Assembly: GCF_000315625.1 (NCBI RefSeq)
Contig: NW_005434559.1
Span: 80,276-144,275, forward strand
Direction of reading: 5' to 3'
Length of the DNA stretch: 64,000 nt
From: Guillardia theta CCMP2712
Taxonomy: Eukaryota > Protista > Cryptophyta
The translations under genes were made by a program, and so were the position numbers. Under the pieces are notes generated by a model. That model was not told where the DNA came from. It ran no database searches and saw only the letters and a list, made by a program, of their open reading frames with translations. Of the stretch, positions 57,371 through 64,000 are shown piece after piece (position 1 is the stretch's first letter; each line of letters starts with the position of its first letter).

Positions 57371-59671
57371 ATGAAGCTGCTCTGCTTGTGTGCCACTGTA
57401 TGCTTGTTCAATCAAGCGGTTGCTTTCCAATCCATCAACGGGGTGAAGCTGCAGTCAGCCACTCCACCATACAACAAGGTGAGGACAGTGCAGGCAAGCT
57501 TGTTGCAAGCAAACCGCTAATTCCTTTCGTACAATAGCCTTCCCCTACTTGTAGGACTCGTCCCTCAAGGCTAGGATGGAAGATGGTGTACACCCCTGAA
57601 CGAGAAGCTGTCAAGCAAGGTACAAGGACCGTATGCCTCTTCTGTACTCCTCATTGCCTCATCTATTGTATCCACGCAAGTTCCTTGTTGCTTACTTGCA
57701 TTTTGCAGCCAAGCTCACGAAGAGCATTAAAACTCCTGATCCCATCCCGTAAACTTCATTACTAAGCGTCGGATCTGCGTTGCTGATCGTCCTATGACAG
57801 TGAGGAAGGAATTCGCCTCGCAACGGAGTTGATGAAGGTACAACAATCCTGACAGGGTTAGAATAATACTGAGATTTGAAATCAGACTGGGCGCCTTTAC
57901 CGTTACAACTCTGATTCGGCTGACACATGCATGGTAAGAACAAATTTACAGCATTTGCTCACTCTACTCCCTCTCTCTTCCACATCGTCATCATGCAATA
58001 GGTGTCTCGATGTGAGAAAGCGCTGGCGGAATACACTGGGCACAAGTAAGCATGCGAAAGTCTGCATCAATCGTTTGAGTAACACATGTACTGGCAGGTA
58101 TTGTGTCGCACTCAACTCGTGTGGAAGCGCCATCTTCATGTCCTTGAAGTGCGTGGGAGCGCAGGTGATATTCGTGAGCATGAAAAGATAGATTCTAGAT
58201 TTTCCTTCTATCATCTCTGATATGGAAGCTTCTGACGACAAGGCAGCCTGGCGACAAAGTCCTCAGCAATGCATTTACCTTCACTGCTGTTCCATCTGCT
58301 ATTGTGCATGCTGGATGCGAACCTGTATATGTCGAGGTTCGCACAGATTGTTGATCTTGTGTGCGAGAAAAGAATCTGACGGTGAACTCAGTGCACTGAG
58401 AATTATTTGATGGACCCTGAACATCTGGTGAGTTGTGAATTCTCTCTTAGTCTTGGAGTAAACGTGCTTGTGGCGGATTTCTGACATGGGTGCCATTTAG
58501 GCCAAGATGGCGGATGAGACTGGTGCCAAGTATTGCATGATTTCGCACATGCGTGGGAAAGTAGCGGACATGGACAAGATTGAGCAAGTCTGCAAAGATC
58601 GTGGCATTGTGCTTCTAGGTGAGGTTCTTTCCTCGACAAAGACGCCCCGTGAACGTCTGTACGCAGAGGACTGTGCTCACAGTTTGGGGGTGTATTGGAG
58701 GGGAGAGCACACCGGGCACAAGGGCGTGATGTCATGTTTCTCGAGCCAGTCTTACAAGATGCTCAACTCTGGTCAGTTTGAACTTGCATGACAGCCGGTA
58801 GGTGACTTTGAGGCAGGGGAAGGAGGTTTCCTCCTTACGGACGACGACGAGCTTGCGGCAAAGGTGAGGGCGCTCGAGGGAGGATGCGGAAGTGCTGATC
58901 TCGACCTCAGATGATCCTCTATGCTGGAGCTTACGAGAAGTTGTATCACAAGCATTCGCTGAGACCCGCGGACGAGGTCAAGTACGCTTGCTTCACCATT
59001 TCCCACTGATTCTCTTCCCAGATCTTTGAGGAGATCAAACACGAGATCCCTAACTACTCCATGAGGATGCACGGAGTGACCGCTGCGATGATCTACCCTC
59101 AGGTATTTCTGTGTGTGGAGGAGGAGGAGAAAGTTTGTAACGCCGGACCAGATCTCAACTCTTGACGAGAGGATTGAGAAGTACAACCGTCGCTACCTCG
59201 ACATCGTAGAGCCCAGGCTGAACGCCGTTCGGAACATCAAAGTCCCGAAGCAGCTCAAGGAGGTGACAGCAGTCACAAGTTCCATGTTTCCTAATCTCAC
59301 CCCCCTCACTCCAGGTGTCTCCTGTCTACGACTCTGTGCAGTTCAACGTGCACGGAATGTCGGAGGAGCAGCTCCAGAAGTTCATACAGGCAGCAGGAGC
59401 CAACGGGGTTCCTATCGAAGTCTTCGGGGCCAAGAGCAACGCGCGCTACTTCCGCAACTGGAGGTAGGGAGCTCAAACCCCCTCAGCTCGTGGCTGATTC
59501 TTCACCACCAGGTACACTGCGGATTCCATCCCTCAGTTCGATCACCTCCCTAAGACGGAGGAAGTGATCAAGTGGGCGTGCGATGTACGCCTTCCCCTCA
59601 TGTTCCAGGATGAAGACTTTCATACTATCTGTGACGTGATCGAGGACGCCATGGACAAGGCCATGGCCTGA
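57371..59671 (+). CDS. DegT/DnrJ/EryC1/StrS-family PLP aminotransferase, likely plastid-targeted; many short introns
   Basis: Leader MKLLCLCATVCLFNQAVA-F; YCVALNSCGSAIFMSLK; SHMRGKVADMDKI; EDCAHSLG; CFSSQSYKMLNSGEGG (PLP lysine); YSMRMHGVTAAM; stop at 59669-59671. Confidence 0.9.
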
Positions 59672-60052
59672 GAAAAAGATTCGCCCAACCTCGCCGGGGC
59701 GGCTGGAAAGAGCAGCGTTGAATGTATATTCGTACACAATGTGGATGTGAATATGTGTGACTGGGGAGGAGGAAGGGAAGGGGGGATCAGGACCCTCCCT
59801 CCGAGCTGAGGTGGTGACGGCAGTGAGACCTTGAAAGCATCGTGAGATAAACCAAATCGATATCCAATGTGTCCTGCTTCTTGTCTATTGGTTATCACTC
59901 GATTTATTGCAACACAAACTGCTCTGCATTCTCTCTTCATCCGTGTCTTTTCTCTCGATTGGTAGCACGCTTCTTCAACAACGACAATGCCACCATGCTC
60001 TTTCCTCTCTCCTCATCTATCTTCTCCCTCCTCATCTCTGCTCTCCCTCTGC

Positions 60053-60510
60053 TCATTCTCTCATTCTCTCTCGCTCTCATTCTCTCATTCTCTCATTCTC
60101 TCATTCTCTCTCGCTCTCATTCTCTCTCGCTCTCATTCTCTCTCGCTCTCATTCTCTCTCGCTCTCATTTTCTCTCGCTCTCATTCTCTCTCGCTCTCAT
60201 TCTCTCATTCTCTCATTCTCTCATTTTCTCTCGCTCTCATTCTCTCTCGCTCTCATTCTCTCTCGCTCTCATTCTCTCATTCTCTCATTCTCTCATTCTC
60301 TCTCGCTCTCATTCTCTCATTCTCTCATTCTCTCTCGCTCTCATTCTCTCTCGCTCTCATTCTCTCATTCTCTCATTCTCTCATTCTCTCTCGCTCTCAT
60401 TCTCTCACTCTCTCTCGCTCTCATTCTCTCACTCTCTCTCGCTCTCATTCTCTCATTCTCTCACGCTCTCATTCTCTCATTCTCTCTCGCTCTCATTCTC
60501 TCATTCTCTC
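60053..60510. repeat. Compound CT-rich satellite of (TCTCTCAT) and (TCTCTCTCGCTCTCAT) units
   Basis: About 460 bp of alternating 8- and 16-bp variants. Confidence 0.95.
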
Positions 60511-60879
60511 TCGGGAGCTCTCCTTCAGACTTTGCGGTGAGGCGGGCTGGAATATTGCTATGATCCCTGTACGAACTCTGGTCATATACAGGTCATAGGA
60601 GATGATCATATATGCCTAGTATGACTTTAACTAAGACACAGAGGTCATAAGACAGTTGCCTATGACATATCATATCCTCAGGTCATATCATGGTGCTACA
60701 ATCCTAAGAAACTGTTTGGGTCTTATTGTGGTTATACACATACTAGGACCCCCTAAGACAAAACTGAGGGTTGACATGGCGCCACTCGGAATCGGAGGAG
60801 CAACAATGCGAAGCGTTGCGATTGAACGACTAATGGATATGGTAACCGAGCAACCGTCATGGAAACGACTTGTAACCGT

Positions 60880-61200
60880 CATATCCCAACTTCCGACCGG
60901 AACCCGGCGTTGAACCCCGGGCGCGGCCGTCACTGGTGACCGTCGGGCGGGCCCCGCAAGTTCGGGCCCCACCGTCGGGCGGGCCCCGCAAGTTCGGGCC
61001 CCGGCAAGAGGCCGGGGCCGGGCCCGGCCGCAACAGCGTCCTGCGCCGCCGGGCCGGCTACCGCACTTCGCGGCAGTCATGGCGCGGCCGGATCCGATCA
61101 CGGCGCCGGGACCTTACGTGATACAAAAGTTTCGACGCCGCTAAGCCTCGGCCCGGAGTCACGAACTGAGAGCCTCAGCAGAGTCACAGGCTGTAGGTCA
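60880..61200. other. CpG- and palindrome-rich GC island containing a tandem 32-bp hairpin duplication
   Basis: accgtcgggcgggccccgcaagttcgggcccc twice at about 60939-61002. Confidence 0.7.
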
Positions 61201-61214
61201 GAGATGTTCAAGTA

Positions 61215-64000
61215 CTAAGTGTATTCGTGATACAACTTCTCGTCTACAATGCTAGAACTGTTCGAAACGAGTCCGTCAGGAACACTGGAATTGAAGGAGA
61301 AGGAAAACTCCAAGGGGAACGAGGACGAGGACGGGAACGAGGACGAGGACGGGAATGGTTCCAAGAGAAAGGGGAAGGAGGATGTCAAGGAGTTGGGGCA
61401 CCTGGTCTGCATGTTAATCTCCTTCTTGATCCGAGCTCTTTCATCGTTGAGGCGATATACTGCAGGAAGTATGAGAAGAATAGGAGGAGGCGGAGGAGGA
61501 GAAGGAGGACGAGGAGGACGAGGAGGAGGCGGAGGAGGAGGAGAAGGAGGAGGGAGGAGGAGGAGGAGGAGAAGGAGGGAGGAGGAGGAGGAAGAGGACT
61601 CAGCCCCTACCGCTCCTGGCGCTGTGAATGAAATCTTCCCCGAAATTCTGAGGATTCGAAGGGATCAGCAAACGAAGGCGGGAAGAAGTGGAGCGAAGGA
61701 GACGGAGAGGGGGAGGATAGAGAGAAAGAGGAGAAGAAGGAAGAAAGGACATGACAAGAAAACCGCAGGAGCGATCAACTGAGGGGAACGATAAGGACAA
61801 GGACAAGGACAAGGACAAGGACAAGAATGAGGATAAGGATAAGGATAAGGATAAGGATAAGGATAAGGATAAGGATGGACCAGAGTGGACGAATACCTTG
61901 TTTGCTTCATGTGTTCGGACAGCGTCCTCAATCTTCAACCATCGTCATAATGATCGATATCAAACCCGAAAGTCTCGATCGTCGTCGTCGTCAACATCAT
62001 CTCCATCAACATCATCTCCATCATCATCATCTCCATCAACATCATCTCCATCATCTCCATCATCAGCATCACATCATGAGTGAAAAGGTGAAACAGGACG
62101 TCCTACCTCCCACAACTTTGAGTTAACCGCGAGGAGGCTGCGGTATAGCTCGCTTCCCCTCATTCCTTTGAGTTCCTCTTCCACCTTCGTCAGGAGGAGC
62201 TCGAACTCCTGCTGGATCATGAGAAATCGGAGGACGAGGACGAAGAGGGACGAGGGACGAGGACGAGGACGATAAGTACATCGAACACGAGGGGGGAAGA
62301 AAACGATAGGCATCAGGGAGAAGGAAAGAGGAATGAGAGGGGAGACGAGGAGGAGGTTGATGACAAGATGTCGACGTTGCAAGGGAAGGGAGGGAGGAGG
62401 GAGGAGGGGAGGAGGAAGGAGGAGGAGGAGGAGGAGGGCGCCGACGGACCTGACGGACATGGTAGATCTTAGGAGTCTTCTCCATCTTCTTCATCTTGAT
62501 CTCAAGGATAGAAAGCTTGTCCAGCGCTTCCCCGTTTGACATCGGGACCTCGAGAACTCCCGCGCTGAAGTTCGCAGGGCAAATCGTAGGGGAAGCAAGC
62601 CCAACCTGCTCCTGCTCCTGCCCCTGCCCCTGCCCCTGCCCCTGCTCCTGCCCCTGCCCCTGATCTCTCCCTTCCTCCATCCCGTGTGTCTGAGCCGCTC
62701 GCATCTGCTGCTTCGACTCCTCCTCCTGTTCATTGTGTCATCGGATAAATTCTTCAGGAGCTGCCACCTCCTCGTTCGCTTCTCCGACCACCCGAAATTT
62801 CACCCGAGCTGAACGATCGACTGACGAGCTGCACGCGGAGATTGATACCAGAAGGTAGATGGAGAAGAGAAGGGGGAAAGAGAATTCACAGACAATGAAA
62901 GAAGACGCGGATAAGAACGACAGGAGCAACTTGAAGGAGAAAAAGAGGAAAGAGGAGGAGGGCGAGGAGGAGGAAGACAACGAGGATGAGGACGATGAGG
63001 AACAGTGGAAGGAGGAGGTCTACCGGACTGGAGTATTCAGGAGAGCTTCGACAACGTGTACTCCTTCTCTGAACTTCATCAAGACGTAAGTCATGACGAA
63101 AGTGAAGACGCTCAGGGAGTTCATCAACACTTCCTTCATCATATCAACTCCATCACTATCATCATCATCATCATCTCCATCATCATATCACCTCCATCAC
63201 TATCTCCATCATCATCATCTCCATCATCATATCACCTCCATTTCTATCTCCACCACCACCACCACCACCACCACCATCATCATCATGATCTTCTCCATCA
63301 TCATCATCATCTCCATCATCATCTCCATCATCATCATAATCATCATCATCTCCATCAGCATCATCATCTCCATCATCATATCACCTCCATCATCATTATC
63401 ATCATCATCATCTCCATCGTCTCCATCATCGTCGTCTCTTCTCACCTTATTATAGAATATGTCCAACTCGCAGTGATTGTGCAGGGAGAACAGCTGGTGA
63501 ACGACCCCGTCAACTGCCTCACTGTCACTCCCTCCCAAGCAGCCGCAAACTTGTTTGTGCCTCTCATCTCGCATCTCCCCTTCCTGTACGTCTCGCTGCT
63601 CGGCTCTAGCTGGATCCTCGAGACCTTCGAAGCAAGCTTGTCAGCTCGCTCCAGAGTCCCGACGGCTGCGACCTGAACACCATCGACGAAGAGAAGGATG
63701 GTAGAGAGCGGCGGCATCTAGGGTTGTGTGAGAGGAGGTCGAGGAGGTGAGGGTGGAGGAGAGGAGGAGGAGAGGAGGAGGAGAGGAGGAGGAGAGGAGG
63801 AGGAGAGGAGGAGAAGAGGTGGAGGAGAGGTGGAGGAGAGGTGGAGGAGGGGGCAAAGGGAGGAGTAGGAGCAGGGGAGCAAGAATTCATGGTAAGAGAG
63901 AGTGGGAAGAGAGGGGAGAGGAGGGAGGAAGAAGGGTGGAAAAGAGGAGCGGACGGAACAGGAGGGGGGGAGGAGGAGGGGGAAAAGAAGGGGGGGGGAG
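61215..64000 (-). CDS. 3' part of a multi-exon gene ending in a DUF6165-like domain; starts beyond the right edge
   Basis: Spliced exons read VLEVPMSNGEALDKLSILEIKMKK / QEFELL...LLAVNSKLWE / IEDAVRTHEANK / NFGEDFIHSARS / YRLNDERARIKKEIN / SIVDEKLYHEYT-stop, matching the DUF6165 pattern as recalled. Confidence 0.75.

Noticed and set aside
59869-60598. Three overlapping ~200-aa Ser/Leu/His-rich ORFs
   Set aside because: Translations of the CT-rich satellite.

Overview
Eukaryotic nuclear DNA, most likely from an alga with a complex red-derived plastid (cryptophyte-like; inferred from signal-peptide+Phe bipartite leaders, many short GT-AG introns, microsatellite-filled introns and a Fanzor1). 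Recognisable genes: a plastid-type YgfZ/GcvT protein, SART1/Snu66, a very large gene joining two SKOR/AKT-like channel-CNBD-ankyrin modules with non-canonical pores, intronless eEF3, a fucosyltransferase-like/TPR/2OG-Fe(II) dioxygenase fusion, a probable F-box protein, a DegT-family aminotransferase and a DUF6165-containing gene. The most unusual part is an intron-free accessory island at about 3.5-12.4 kb. It holds a 2.2-kb array of about 20 ATTGTTGC-core motifs that switches orientation and has hairpin-forming spacers, then a fragmented Fanzor1 (TnpB-derived RNA-guided nuclease) gene with downstream hairpins. Converging on this is an intact signal-peptide Crinkler/RHS-type NTPase-nuclease gene with a 155-bp inverted repeat at its 5' end. 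Short CpG- and palindrome-rich islands recur every 5-15 kb, mostly at divergent gene starts. Gene boundaries for spliced genes were read by eye and are approximate; no database searches were run.
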